NCBI GenBank assembly: GCA_964016885.1 | Contig: OZ024741.1 | Location: 58,404,001 to 58,468,000, forward strand | Origin: Eledone cirrhosa | Lineage: Eukaryota | Reading direction: 5' to 3' | DNA length: 64,000 bases | Shown: positions 37,997-51,904 of the stretch, in pieces | Layout: each line of letters starts with the position of its first letter | Numbering within the stretch: the stretch's first letter is position 1 | Notes under the pieces: generated by a model | The model's database searches: none | What the model was told of the DNA's origin: nothing | The model's input: only the letters and a program-made list of their open reading frames with translations | Position numbers and translations under genes: made by a program

Positions 37997-40925
37997 ATCA
38001 TTATCATCATCATCATCGCCGTTTAACGTCCATCTTCCACGCTTGCATGGGTTTGGATGGGAATTTTCCCACTTAAGGCAAGATTGGTTGTCTTGCTCGT
38101 ATAGGACTGTCTGGCGGGTTTTCTACGGCTGGATGCCCTTCCTAACACCAACCACGTTTACAGTGTGGACTGGGAGGTTTTTACCGTGTTACCTACACGG
38201 CCACATTACAGCGTGGAAGATGTGTATTTTTTGTCGTGACACCTACACGACCTCATTTATTTAGAACTGGATGTTGTGGTACCAACATAACTTTACATCG
38301 AAAGTGGTGGTGTGGATGGGGTGGTGGTAGTGGGATGGAGGTGTATTTTTGTTAAGAGGTGCCTACTGACTAGGTTTCGCTTTGTACTTAGGCAAGGCGG
38401 GTCTTCTCTATTACTGTGTAGCGCCAAAGATCTTGGTCCAGAGACATTGTCTTGGAGAGGTGTAAGTGTGTGAGGTCGGAATTTATCAAGTCGTCCCAGG
38501 TTTTTCTGGGTCTGCCTACTCCGTGGTTACCGTCTATTTTTATCGCCCTGCACTTTTTTATACAGCTGTCGTCTTTCATGCGCATCACATGACCATACCA
38601 ACGTAGTCTTCTCTCGAGTAAACAACATATGATCCCTCTTATTCATAATTTCTCCCTTAGTTCATTTATGCTTTGCCGTTCACGTATATTACTATTACAC
38701 ATCCAACGGAGCATGCAAGCTTCGTTCATTTCCAGTCTGCATATATCCACTGCACACGATGCCCAAGTCTCACTGCCATGTAACATTGCTGTTCGTATGC
38801 AGGCATCATACAGCCTGCCTTTCATTTTTAGTGAGAACCCTTTAGAGGCCAATAGTGGCATAAGCTCTCTGAACTTTTTCCATCGCGTTCTGACTCTAGC
38901 TACTGTACTTTCAGAGCACCCTCCACCACTGCTGATTTTGTCACCCAGGTACCGGAAGGTGTCCACTATTTCTATAGAACCATCTGTGCAATGGAATGAG
39001 CTAGTATTTTGTGGGCACTTACTGCTACTTATTGCACCTGAGCACTGGCCACATATAAAATCTATATTCTTAGTTAGCTTACCTGTGATCCCACTACATC
39101 TTTTATGCACCCATACTTTGCATTTGGGACATAAAATGGAGTTTCTGCTTACTCCTTTCCTACACACTGAGCATGGCCATTTCCCAGATAGGACCAGTGC
39201 CCTATTTTCCTTCCTAAAAACTAGAACTTTAGTCTTACACAGGTTAATTTTAAGGCCTTTTGATTCTAGGCCATGCTTCCATGTTTGGAATTTCTTCTCT
39301 AGTTCAGCCATTGATTCAGCTATGAGCGTTAGATCATCTGCGTATAGGAGATCCCATGGGCAGCCTGTCTTGAACTCCTCTGTAATAGCCTGAAGGGCAA
39401 TAATAAATAGTAGGGGGCTAAGGATGGAGCCCTAATAAACACCAACTTTTACGCTAAACTCTTCACTATATTCGTTAATTCTAACCTAGCTGACTGTTTC
39501 TTTATACATGGCTTGTATAGCTCTCACAAGCCATTCATCAACACCTAGTTTTCTAAGAGCCCACCAGATAATGGAGCGGGGGACTCTGTCAAAGGCTTTC
39601 TCCAAGTCAACAAAAGCTAAGTATAGGGGTTTACTTTTAGCTAGGTACTTCTGTGGTTGTCGTACAATGAAAAGAGCGTCTGTGGTACTTTTACCTGACA
39701 CAAACCCGAACTGCATTTTATCTAGATCAATTCGCTCTCTGATTAGTTGCGCTATTTTTTCTGTGACGTTCATGACCTGGTCAATTAATTTAATGCTTCT
39801 ATAGTTTCCCCTATCTAAGGCATCTCCTTTACCCTTGTAGCAGTTAATGATGCTGCTGCTGCTACGCCAGTCCTTCAGAATGACCCCATTCTGTATGACT
39901 TGGTTTACTATCCGGGTGACCATAGTGTGTCCCACCGTTCCAGAGGCTTTCAGCATTTCAGAAATTATTTCCGAAGGCCCAGCCGCCTTGCCTGTCTTCA
40001 TATCTTTGATCGCCTTACTTATTATACTACCTTCAACTTGCACTGCTGGTCCCTCTATTGGATCGATGTGGGGGAGACTGTCTTTCTCCCATTTATTCTC
40101 CTCATTTAGTAGCCTTTCGTAGTGACACTTCCAAGCTACCTTCTTATCAGCGTCAGTGATGGCAAGTACACCATCATCATTAAGGACACACCTCTCCCCG
40201 ACAATATCACGGTTTTCCTTGACACATTGCCTAGCAATCCTGAACACCTCACGTTTTTGGTCCTCGTGTTGTAGAACATGCTTGAACTTTGTTTCCTCTG
40301 CTTCCCTTCTTGCAAAGTACACTTGTCTCCTGGCCACTTGATAGTCTTCTCTACTTCCCCCATCTCGCCATGCTTTCCAAGCCTGCTTTTTGGCCTTGAT
40401 TGACTCCTCCACCTTACTGTTCCACCACCAAGTTACTCTCCTCCTGCCTATAGGTCTGCTCCAGCCACAGATTTCATCTGTCGCCTTCAGCAGGTTAGCT
40501 TTCAGGAATTCCCACTGTTCCTCTATATTGTACGACTCTAATTGCTCTTCCTTACTATCAAAAGCATCAAGTAATATGCTTTTAAATTTATTTCTGGCTG
40601 TGGAGTCCTTTAGCCTCCATATTTTTCCCCTGAGGATAGTCCTCCTCTGTTGTCGAGTACGTCTCATCCTCACTATGAGGTCGCTAATTATCAGTCTATG
40701 TTGGGAGGTGCATTCTTCATGGGGGAGGGATTTAGTGTTTACAACAGACACCATGTCATATCTTCTGGTAAGGATATAATCTATCTGGCTGCTGTGTTCC
40801 CCTGATCTATAGGTGATCAAGTGATTGTCTCGTTTTTTGAAGTTAGTGTTACAGATAGTTAGGTTACTTGCATCACAGAATTCCAGGATTCTGGAGCCTT
40901 CCTCATTTCTAGTACCAAACCCATA
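37997..40925 (-). mobile_element. RTE LINE family A, 5'-truncated copy
   Basis: Colinear and highly similar to 21722-24663; several stops/frameshifts; (ATG)n tail. Confidence 0.95.
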
Positions 40926-40952
40926 GCACGTTAATAACAAACACGGTAATAA

Positions 40953-41206
40953 CATCATCATCATCATCATCATTTTACGTCCGCGTTTCCTTGCTTGCAA
41001 GGGTGGGATGGGAACTGATTCTGGCTTGATTTCTACAGCTGGATACCCTTCCTAACACCAACCTCATTTACAGTGAGTACTGGGTGCTTTTTGCCGTGGC
41101 ACCTCCACGACCACTTTGCAGTGGAATGATAGGTACTCCAGTCCCTATCATCTCATTTCTACAGCTGAGTAAACTGGAGCAATGTGAAATAAAGTGTCTT
41201 GCTCAA
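40953..41206 (-). mobile_element. 5'-truncated young SINE with long flanking direct repeat
   Basis: Matches 25690-25930; flanked by CACGTTAATAACAAACACG(G/T)TAATAACA at 40927-40954 and 41208-41235. Confidence 0.9.
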
Positions 41207-43799
41207 ACACGTTAATAACAAACACGTTAATAACAATTGTTTACAAATAGTATTTCATATATCAGCTATATTTGCCTTTTGAAAATCAAGGACAGGAAAT
41301 TGATAAAATAAATTAATAAAGGGGAACATAATATCTGCTGTTTTACATTCTTTAACATCATGAGAACCTGAATAATCTAGTGATATATGTGTGTGAGATT
41401 GAAAATTTTACAATTTTATAAAAAGTTTACATTGACATGGACTGTATTCAGATAATTTATTCCTTTTTTTTTCCTTCATAAACAAGGGTTATATTATACA
41501 CAAATAAATATGTTATGTTGTTTAAAATAAACTATAAAACTGAGTTTCTTCCTTGGTAGATGTTTCATTGTGTCAAGATTTTCTGGAGTATTGTTATTGC
41601 TTTCTAAGGTGTTTAGGACTTTTTGTAAATTTATCTAGGAAAGAGTTCATTTATTTTCATAATCTGAATTTTAATGAGTAATATATATTTACATCATCAT
41701 TATCATTTTTATGTTTGCCTTTCCATGCTGGATAATAGAAAAAATAGCCCAGTGAGATGTGATAGAGTACTAACTAAAAAATCTTTCATTGGCAATAGAT
41801 GCTTAATATCAACTAGACTACATATACATTCAAAGATCAACCAAAGATATGCATTGAGTATATGTCAGTTTTATGTATTTCCCCATAAATTGCAAAAATG
41901 ATGAATTTAATATACAGCATAAATATAGTATTAAAATAATTGTTTCTACTTTTGGCACAAGGCCAGCAATTACCCAGTACATTACTGGTACTTTATTTTA
42001 TCGACCCCGTAAGGATGAAAGGCAAAGTTAACCTCAGCGAGATTTGAACTCAGATCATAAAGCGACAATGCTGTGATTTGAGAAAAAAGGAAACCAAAAC
42101 GATTGAGAAAAGAAATATATATTTTCATGTTTGTTCTATTCTTCAACAATAATGTAGGCAGTGTGAAACGAAAATAACTTTCTACAAACACTCAGCTACT
42201 GACAATTACGCGCATGCATGCTCCTACACACTTTCCCTAGCATTGGTTTTGTCTCAATATCTTTCATATGTTACCTACCACTTCAGTCAGCAGGTATACT
42301 CCAACTTCACCTGATATGTTAGTCTCTCTCCTCCTCCTCTCTCTATATGATGTAAAATGTGACCTCTAAAATCTGACCAACCAACATACTGGGTATTATA
42401 TTATAGAGACACTTTTTTTTGTTTTTAACTGCTATTATTGCTAAATTATATAGGGGATTTTTTTTTTTTTGTATTAAAAAAAAAATGATTTTTATTTATG
42501 TCGAAATTTTCTTTTCTTTTTTCTTTCTATCTTAAAATATCTTTGATGTTAAATATCTTTTTCTCACTTACTATGACTTGTAAATGATTTTCTTTGCAAA
42601 TGGGACATTTTTTGTCACAGAATGTTCTGTTTGTAATTAACTTTCTGATATTGTATATTAAACATGCTTTTTTTTGTGATGGTGGAAGCCATCAAACTGT
42701 TTTTATATTAATGCCTAACGTCCTACAAGTATTTAGCAGAAAATACTGAAATAGGCTTGTTTATTCAGATGTTTATAATACTTCTAAGGGTTGATGCCCT
42801 TCTTAATGCCAACCAGTTAACATAGTGTACTGAGTACATGTTATTGTAGCACCAGCACTAGGGAGGTTGTTCTATCTTTGACATGTTTTCTATAACAGGA
42901 GCCCTTCCTAATGCCAATTGTTTTACAGAGTGAACTGGGTACATTTTATCTATAAGTATATCATGGTACATATTAAAATTTACTTTCATTCCATTCAATT
43001 TTGTAAGTTCTCGATTCTGTTTAAGAAAACATACTTCAGATAGAGGATTATATTCTGAGACTTAAGCATTAATGTCAACTGACATAGATTACTAAAGTAA
43101 AATCTGATAGGTTGTATATATCATGTGAATTTCTCTCTCTCTCTCTCTCTCTCTCTACCCATACACACATACATTGTGAAGCTGTGTAGCCTAGTGTATA
43201 AGGTACTAGATGCATGGTCATAAGGTTGGTTTGATTCTTGGACCAGGCTATGCATTGCATTCTTCAGCAAAATATTCAGTTTGCATTGCTTTTCATGATG
43301 GGACTGGGTCCTCTATCATTAAAATACTCAAGAAACCTGAGATGCAACCTTGTCAGAGGCCAGCTAAACCTGCATAGGCATTAACTGTAAATTACATTTC
43401 ATTTTCTTAATACTACAGTCACACACTGCAGTAAAATACTCTCTCTCTATATATAAAACACACACACACACACACACAACAGTTAAGTACACAAACATTA
43501 CAGTTCAGTACACATGAAAGTGTGAAGCTGAAGAAATAATATTTTAAAAACATCAGTTATCCAAATTAAACAGTTTAAAACTAATCTACGAATGAGAAGA
43601 CCTCTGTCATTAGTTTTTTTTAATGTTTGTTAATTATCTGTTATGCTGTTTTCATGTTGTAATAAAAATAATTTTTACTGCATATTTATATTTATCTATT
43701 TTCACAAGAAATATAATTTACAATAAAAATGGTTGTGTATGTATGCTTTGTTTATTGAATGTATCTGTGTGTGTGTATTGTATATACTTGTGATGTTGG

Positions 43800-44185
43800 T
43801 AAAGGCACGTGGCTTAGAGGTTAAGGTGTTAGGTTAATGATCATAAGGTTTGTGAGTTTCATTCGTGGATTATGTTGTCCTTAAGCATGACAGTATTTGA
43901 CATTGGTCTAGTCACACTTGGGTAGAAAACAAATTAGTTGTGATAACACATGCAAATCAACCTTTTCCTTACTTAGATAATATCATATATAGTGCATATA
44001 CAAGTTGTGATGATAGTGGTTCCAAGCTGTATTAGTCTTTCCCTTTCTCTTGTACATCAGTGGTGTAGAGAGAGGAGACTGGCATGTATTGCTAACTTCC
44101 ACAAAATACTTTGGTCTTATTTGTACCATGCAGTGGAACTTTCATGGAGAGGAACTCATGGTCAACCGTGACCAAGGATCTTTTT
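43800..44185 (+). mobile_element. Old tRNA-headed SINE
   Basis: ggcacgtggcttagaggttaaggtg ... gagtttcattc head, tccttaagca.gaca core; comparable heads at ~5365, 8865, 18822, 26992, 43178, 48062. Confidence 0.55.
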
Positions 44186-44464
44186 TTAGGTGGAGGATGC
44201 ATTGTTTCTCAAATGTTAGTGTGTATATACCTGTGTGTGGTTGGTGTGTTGTATAAAGTGTTTTGATTTATATTAGGAAGGGCATTCAGCTGTAGAAACC
44301 AACCCAAAATACAGATCCATATGAACAAGATGTGGGTTACCTGACGTGACTTGTCTCATAACATAACAACCCATCTAACCCATGCAAGTATGGAAAAATA
44401 GATGTTAAATGATGATGATGGTGATGATGGTGATGATTAAATATATATATATATATATATATAT

Positions 44465-45947
44465 GGTACAAAGGTAAAGGGGATGCTCTGGAGAGGAGCA
44501 ATTATAGGGGTATAAAACTGATAGATCAGGTTATGAAAGTGGCAGAAAGGATATTAGCACAACTAATTAGAGAAAGGGTCAAACTAGATGAGATGCAGTT
44601 TGGTTTTGTGCCTGGGAAGAGTACAACAGATGCCCTCTTCTTGGTGAGACAATTGCAAGAGAGGTTCTTAGAGAAAAATAAGCCACTATACTTAGCCTTT
44701 GTTGACCTAGAGAAGGCCTTTGATAGGGTACCTCGATCTGTCATCTGGTGGTCCCTAAGGAAGCTAGGTGTTGAGGAATGGCTTGTGAGGACAGTGCAAA
44801 CTTTGTACTGAGGTACTCTCAGTAAAGTCAGGGTAGGAATGGAGTTTAGTGAGGAATTCCAGATACAAGTAGGAGTACATCAGGATTCGGTCCTCAGCCC
44901 GCTCTTGTTCATTATAGTCCTCCAAGCCATAACAGAGGAGTTTAAGACTGGCTGTCCATGGGAATTTCTCTATGCTGACGATCTGGTTCTTATAGCAGAA
45001 TCAGTAGAGGAGCTAGAGAATAAATTCTGGCTATGGAAACAGCAGTTGGAAACAAGAGGACTGAGAGTGAACCTAGCTAAGACAAAAGTGTTGATGAGTA
45101 GAAAAGAGGACAAAACCCTGATTCCGTCAAGGAAATGGCCATGTTCGATATAAATTCTATAAAATGCACACAATGCAGATCCTGGGTACACAAGAGATGT
45201 AGCGGGATAGCAGGCAAACTAACAGGTAGGGAGAAATATGTATGCAGTAGATGTACAGGGAAATTAGACAGTAGAAGTCGCATTGATAGACACATTTTTC
45301 AAATGCAGGAGGGCGCTATAGAAGTGGTGGATAGCTTCCGGTACCTAGGAGATCAGATTAGCATGGGAGGAGGGTGTTTCGAGGCCATAGTATCTAGAAT
45401 AAGGATGGGTTGGAAGAAGTTTAGGGAGCTGCTTCCTCTGTTGACGAAGAAGGGTTTCTCCCTGCGTACGAAAGGCCGGCTGTATGATGCCTGTGTGAGG
45501 AGCGCGATGCTGCATGGTAGTGAGACATGGGCAGCAACTGCAGAGGATATGCGACGGCTGGAGAGAAATGAGGCAAGCATGCTCCGTTGGATGTGCGTGA
45601 ACGACCCAGCATAAATGTGTTGAGAGAGAAACTGTGTCTGAGAGGGATAGAATGTAGTGTACGGGAGACGAGACTGAGGTGGTATGGACATGTGATGCGC
45701 ATGGAGGATGACCGATGGGTGAAGAAGTGCCAGGAAATGCCAGTTGAAGGAAGACGTGGTAGAGGTAGACCACGAAAAACATGGGCGGAGGTGGTGAGAA
45801 CAGACCTCAGATCATTGAAGCTCACGGTGAAGATGACGAAGGACCGTGACGAGTGGAGAGATGCTGTGCTGAATAAGACCCGTCCCACCCTTGCAAGCAG
45901 GGAAAAGCGGACGTAAAATGATGATGAAATGATGATGATGATGATGA
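44465..45947 (+). mobile_element. RTE LINE family B, 5'-truncated
   Basis: YKGKGDAL, DLEKAFDRVP, YADD, PHD-like Cys cluster, FRYLG, RLRWYGH, GRPRKTW; ORF stop (45914-45916) runs straight into (ATG)n tail. Confidence 0.95.
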
Positions 45948-48900
45948 TATACACACACACATACACTGAGACAAACCTGTGATGGGTGCATTGAAGAAAA
46001 TAAAAATAAAAGATTGTTTTATTTGAATGTCAGGTTTATTTATTTAACAAGTTGAATTAATACGATTTCTAGAATATTAAATTTTTTCAATTTAGAAAAT
46101 TTATCTAATCTGCAAATTATAATTTTTTGTGTGAAGATTAACAGCTCCTCGATCTCACTTTCATACAATGCATGTGCACATGTTTGTGTGATGTATGTAT
46201 CTATGTGTGTTGTGTATGTATGTATGTGGTGTATGCATGTGTGAGATGTATGTATGCATGCGTGATGTATTTTTGTGTATGCATCAATGCATGTATGTGT
46301 ACATTTCTATTCTATGAAAAAAATAATTAAGGAATTTGTTTTGGTTCTTCCTCGAATGAGTTGGCAAATAAATTAAACTAAGGTGTACACATACATGTAC
46401 ATGCACGTACACACACACACATGTATGTATATATATATATATTCACATGTGTGTGTATATATATATATATATATACACACACACATACATGCACACCATA
46501 CATATATATCTCATTTGCTTGTTTAATTTTCTGTAACTGCATAAAATTAAGAAATAAATTTGAGATTTGATTATGCTTCAATCAGCATTATCTAATTTCA
46601 ATGTTTGAACAATAAACTACCATTTTAGATATGCAAAAGTGTGTGTGTGTGTGTAATATGTGTGTAAGAGTCTATATAAACTGTTGTGTGTATATATATA
46701 AACTATGCACATATGGTCACATCATCATTTTATGTCTTCTTTCTGAGATGGTTTGTCATGGCCCAAGACTAGACAGGTCAAAGAGACTGCATCTTATATG
46801 TTCCATATTTAGCATGGTTCCTATGGATGGATACCCTTCTTAGTGCAAATCACCTTAAAGAATGCAATGTGTACAACACATCAACCCTACCATTTTACTG
46901 AAAGTACCAAGTGAATTTTGTATCACCAATGCAATCATTTTCCAGGGTGTACTGCATGTATTTTATTGTAGCACCCACACTAGAGGGATTTTCCTATGCT
47001 CAGCAAAGCTGAAAAATCTTTTCTATCCTATATTGTCTCCATTGTATTGCCAACCACTACAGTGTATGCTGGGTGATTTTATCATGGTGCCAGCACTGCC
47101 ACTTTTCTATCATACTCCAATGCTTGATCAATAAATATGAGTGTGTGAGTGGTGGTAAAAAAACCCAGGTTATATTCATAGTTGGTAGAGCACTCTGTTC
47201 AAAGGACGAGTTTGGTATAGAGTTAGTTCTATATGGATATATTTTAACTGATAGAATTGACACAACTAATTTTCAATAAAATCAAAAGTAATTTTGTTAA
47301 ACTGTTTGACCACAGCAAATGCTCAATATTTGGTCCATTTCAAATCCGTTTAGAGGATGCTCTAATGGTAGATGGTGTGACCAAATCCTAAAACAGTTTC
47401 AATGTCAACATTGGCAGAAATCAATCCAATGATAATGAACAGAGATAAATGGAGGAAATATGTTCATGATGTTACATACTCTGCTATATGTGGAAATAAC
47501 AATTTAAATAACACAATATATATAATACTTTAATATTTCATCAATAAACTACAATCATGTGTGTGTGTTTGTGTAAACTATGCAAATGTTATTGTATCTC
47601 ATCTGTATATACACAATATAATCTCACCACAATTGGCTATAAACAGAAATTTAGTAAAATAATTAATGAAAATGTAATTAAATAGATAATTTTATTTATG
47701 TAATTATTCTTATTTAACTGGTTTCAGCCACTGGGCTGTAACTGTTCTGCATTGCTGCTTTTAATGGGTTTTAACCCTTTCGTTACCATATTTTTAATGA
47801 AACACACTCAGAGATTTTCAAGGAATTTTGAAAATAATCAAAAATTTGGAGAGATTTAGTAAAATTAAACAATTTGATAAATAGAATTCCTGGCCTTGTG
47901 CCTAAGTTAGAAACTATTATTGTTGTTATGTGGGCAGTGGATTAGCAACTTTTAGTTACAGCCATTTATGTTCTGAGGTCAATTTTATCAACTTTCCTTT
48001 CAGGTTGCCAGTTGCTGGCTTTGTGCCAAAATTAATCTTATTCTTATTTTGTATTGTGTACACAGCATGGCCAAATGGTTAAGAAGTTCGCTTTGTAATC
48101 ATTAGGTCCTATGTTTGAATCCCACTGCATAGCATTTTGGGCAAATGTCATTTACCATAGACTTTGGTTGACCTATGCTTTGCAAGTGAAATTGGATAAA
48201 GGGAAAACTATTTTCTGTTTGGAAGCCCATCAGATGGACTGTACCTGTAATTCAAAGGGCCAACATTGTCACACACTGAATTCCCCTGAAGGTACACGTG
48301 TTTGTGGAATGCTCAGCCACTTGCATGTTATTTTCATGAGCATGCTGTTCCATTGTTCAATCAAGTGAAACATTCTTTATCGAAAGTGACAGGGGTTCTT
48401 TCCATTGTTATTACTATTTATTACAGCTATTCTTATGTAGAATATGTTAATTCACTTAATTAGAATTAGCTATGATCCTGAGCACTTGATTAAGTTATAT
48501 TGTCTGTATAATTGGATGAAAATATATTTAAACAGGTTTCATCTGGTATTCATATTGTCTGTTGTATATTGAATTATTCATATAAAACAACAATAACCAC
48601 TTCCTAATTAAATGTAGAAATAATTTTATGATACCGATGATGATATTGATTATTTTTAGTAATGTTATATCTTTTACTTCAGTTGGTACTACACTTCTTT
48701 CCATAGTATATTCTATATATGTATATGTCATCATCATCATTAGTTTTATGTCCACTTCCTACACTGTCATGGGTTGGGTGGATTGTGATGGTTCAAGACT
48801 GGAAAAATTAGGAATGACTTCATCTTGCTCATATCTTCCATATTTGGCAAGATTTCTATGGCTGGATGCCCTTCCTAACGCAACCAGCTTGCAGGATGTA

Positions 48901-49784
48901 CTGGGTGCATTTATTGTTGTTTATCTTTTGTGTCATCACCACTACCAATTTACAGAGTGTACTGGGTGTATTTTAACATAGCACCAACACTAAAGAGGTT
49001 ACTTGGACCGAAGAGACCTCATAGACTGTTATATTGTCTCTGTTTAATCTCCAAATACTGTATAATAAGGTCTCCCTTCTTCTTGCTGTTTTTGCTGTCC
49101 TTGCTGTCATTCCCATTTACTGCCACTTCTGCCTGCCGTTTTTTCTCCTTTCTTCATCTTCTTTCGTCTTTTAACTCTCTTCTCCCTTCTTCTTGCTGCT
49201 CTTGCTGTAACTTCCACTGTCCAAAAGCTTTTGCTGTCCTTTCTAGCAGCAGCCTGATGTCGATAGGCTGCTCTTTGCTTCGCTCTCTGATCTGTATGTC
49301 TGTCTATCTGTTCTGTTCATTTTGCAGTCCTTCCTAGAGGTGGCTTGGTGTTGATAGGATACACTTTACCTCGCTCTCTGATTTGTCTGCCTATGTATCT
49401 GTTCTGTTTGTTTTATCATTCACACATTATACCAGTAGAAAGATTTATTTTTTTCTGTTGCATGATCCAGCATTTTTAAAATGGTACTCTCAATTAAATC
49501 ATGTGAAACTATTTTGCTAGTTTGAGAGCTGAGGGTGAAGATGTGTGTGAACTTGTCTTGAACATTATCTTTATTTCCTTTTTCCACTATCTTCTATGCA
49601 ATAACACATTCTCCTTGTCTTATTTCAATCTTTTCTATATTTCATCTGCCTGTCGCCCACCTTGTGGATTTGTCCTCTGAGGCATTTTTGCCCATTGCTG
49701 TCATTGACAGCATTTGGCTGTTTTAACAACTGTTCTAGCATTGAGTTTTCTCAATCAGGCACAACAATGTTTATTCATTATATA

Positions 49785-50552
49785 TATAAATTGCTACAAG
49801 GGCAAAGGTGATGCCCTAGAAAGAAGCAACTATAAAGAAATAAAACTAATGGACCAAGTTGTGAAAGTGATGGAAAGAGTTATAGTGCAACTAATTAGAG
49901 AAAGAGTCAAATTAGAAAAGATGCAGTTTGGTTTTATGCCTGGGAAAAGTATTACAGATGCCCTCATTTTAGTGAGGCAACTACAAGAGAAGTTCTTCAC
50001 CAAACATACGCCACTATACCTAGCTTTCATTAATCTAGAAAAAGCGTTTGACAGAGTACCTCAATCTATTATCTGATGGTCCTTAAGAAAATTACGTGTA
50101 GAAGAATGGTTGGTGAGAGCAGTGCAAGCCATGAACAGAGGAGCTGTCAGCAAAGTGTGAGTTTAGTGAGGAATTCAAGATACAAGGAGTTCATCAAGGT
50201 TCAGTTCTTAGCCTACTACTATTCATTATAATTCTCCAGTCTATAACAGGAGTTTAAGACTGGCTGCCCATGGGAACATCTCTATGCAGATGATCTTGTC
50301 CTATAGCTGAATCCATTAAAGAACTACTAAATAAGTTCTGACTATGGAAACATAATTTAGAATCTAAAGGTCTAGGAGTAAACTTAGCCAAAACTAAAGT
50401 GCTAGTAAGTAGGAGAGAAGACTGGACCATGATTCCTTCGGGGAAGTGGCCCTGCTCAATATGTAGAAACTCCATACGTACACAAGAGATGTAGTGGGAT
50501 AATGGGTAGACTAACAGGAAGGGAAGACTTTGTTTGTAGAAGATGCACAGAG
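49785..50552 (+). mobile_element. Older internal RTE fragment (family B-like)
   Basis: NCYKGKGDALERSNY ... LEKAFDRVP ... YADD ... GKWPCSIC; many lesions; no 3' tail. Confidence 0.85.
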
Positions 50553-50790
50553 GTACCCGAAGGGAAGAGAGCCGGTGATGTAATCCTATTCCAGTTACAA
50601 TTTAGAATTGACAATGACAGTTTATATTCTATTATTTTTCATTTTTTAATTCCCATATTTTGCTCGCCAATGCGGTAGATTTTTGAAGCTCCAGATAAAC
50701 AGCTCTTTTAGGGCGTAACTTAGTGATCAAACGTGTGTTAGAATGTGTAATTAAGTTTTTCTACTCACGCCTTGTCTGTTTTTCCTAACA
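50553..50790 (-). mobile_element. Probable Penelope-like element fragment (GIY-YIG endonuclease C-terminal part)
   Basis: Minus-strand translation KSTALASKIWELKNEK..EYKLSLSIL resembles the T.LS..IW.LK...I.W.I motif of Penelope endonucleases. Confidence 0.5.
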
Positions 50791-51904
50791 TATTGATATA
50801 TATATAAACAAAACTTCATAGTTTGTCTTTATATATATATATATATATATATATGATGTATTAGCACTATGGTCCAAAAATAATTAACTGAATTAGAAAA
50901 TCTTTATAAATTGAATATAGCAAAATAAAATAACACTAATGAGTAAATGCAGTAAATTTGTTTTCCCTAGTTTTAAGATATCACCATCATCAGAAGTACT
51001 TTTATTTGTGCTGATGTCTTATCAGCTATAGTTATATTATCAGTCTCTCTTATCTATAACTTTCTTGTTTGTAAAAATGCAAGATTTTGAGAAAGCTGTT
51101 AAAAATTTCTGAAAGTTTGTCTTTTTGTTGAACACTGGTTCATTTGTATTAACTTGAAAAGTTTGATTTATATAATTTTAAAATCATCAGATGAAAAGAT
51201 AATGAGATATAATAAACAAAATAACATTTTATATCTGTAAATTTATCATCTCTGCAGTTTATCTTTTATTGTAGCTTTATCACTTTTAATGAGGTTTGTT
51301 CATATAGCATTACTAGATACACAATATATTTAATCAAAGCAGTCAAACTTCAATAATTATAGACAGTCAGTTGTTAGAGCATAGGGAAAATACCTTACAG
51401 TATTTACTCCAGGTCTCTGTGTTCAAATCGTGCCATGGTCAACTTTGTTTATATCCTTTTAGGGATGGTAAAATAAAGTACTAGTTTAAGGCAATGGATT
51501 GGCAAAATTGTTACAGTATCAGATGAGATGTCTTGTAGTATTTGTTCCAGCTCTTTGCATTCTGAATTGAAATCCTGCTGTGGCTTTAGTTGAGTGGTAA
51601 ACTTGATTTCGCACAACCACCTGGCCCTTCATTGGTTTTAGCAGTCCGCTTTGTTGCAAACATTTGAGCTGGGGCTCCGACTTCAGGATGTGTTCCTCAC
51701 ACCTCTTGAAATTAAATAATGTCATGAGGACTGCCATTCCCTTCATAGCTAAACAGGTAAAAATATATATATATTTATATCCTTAGGATCATTTTCACTG
51801 TTGCTTTACCCCTTTCCAATGAAAGACACAACCTATTACTTCAAATAATTTTGAAAATAACGAAAAATTTGGAAGGATTTAGTAATATAACTTTTTCATA
51901 TTTT

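Noticed and set aside
38629-39393. 254-aa antisense ORF and other + strand ORFs over LINE A
   Set aside because: Shadow ORFs of the RT coding strand; not preserved at full length in the other copy.
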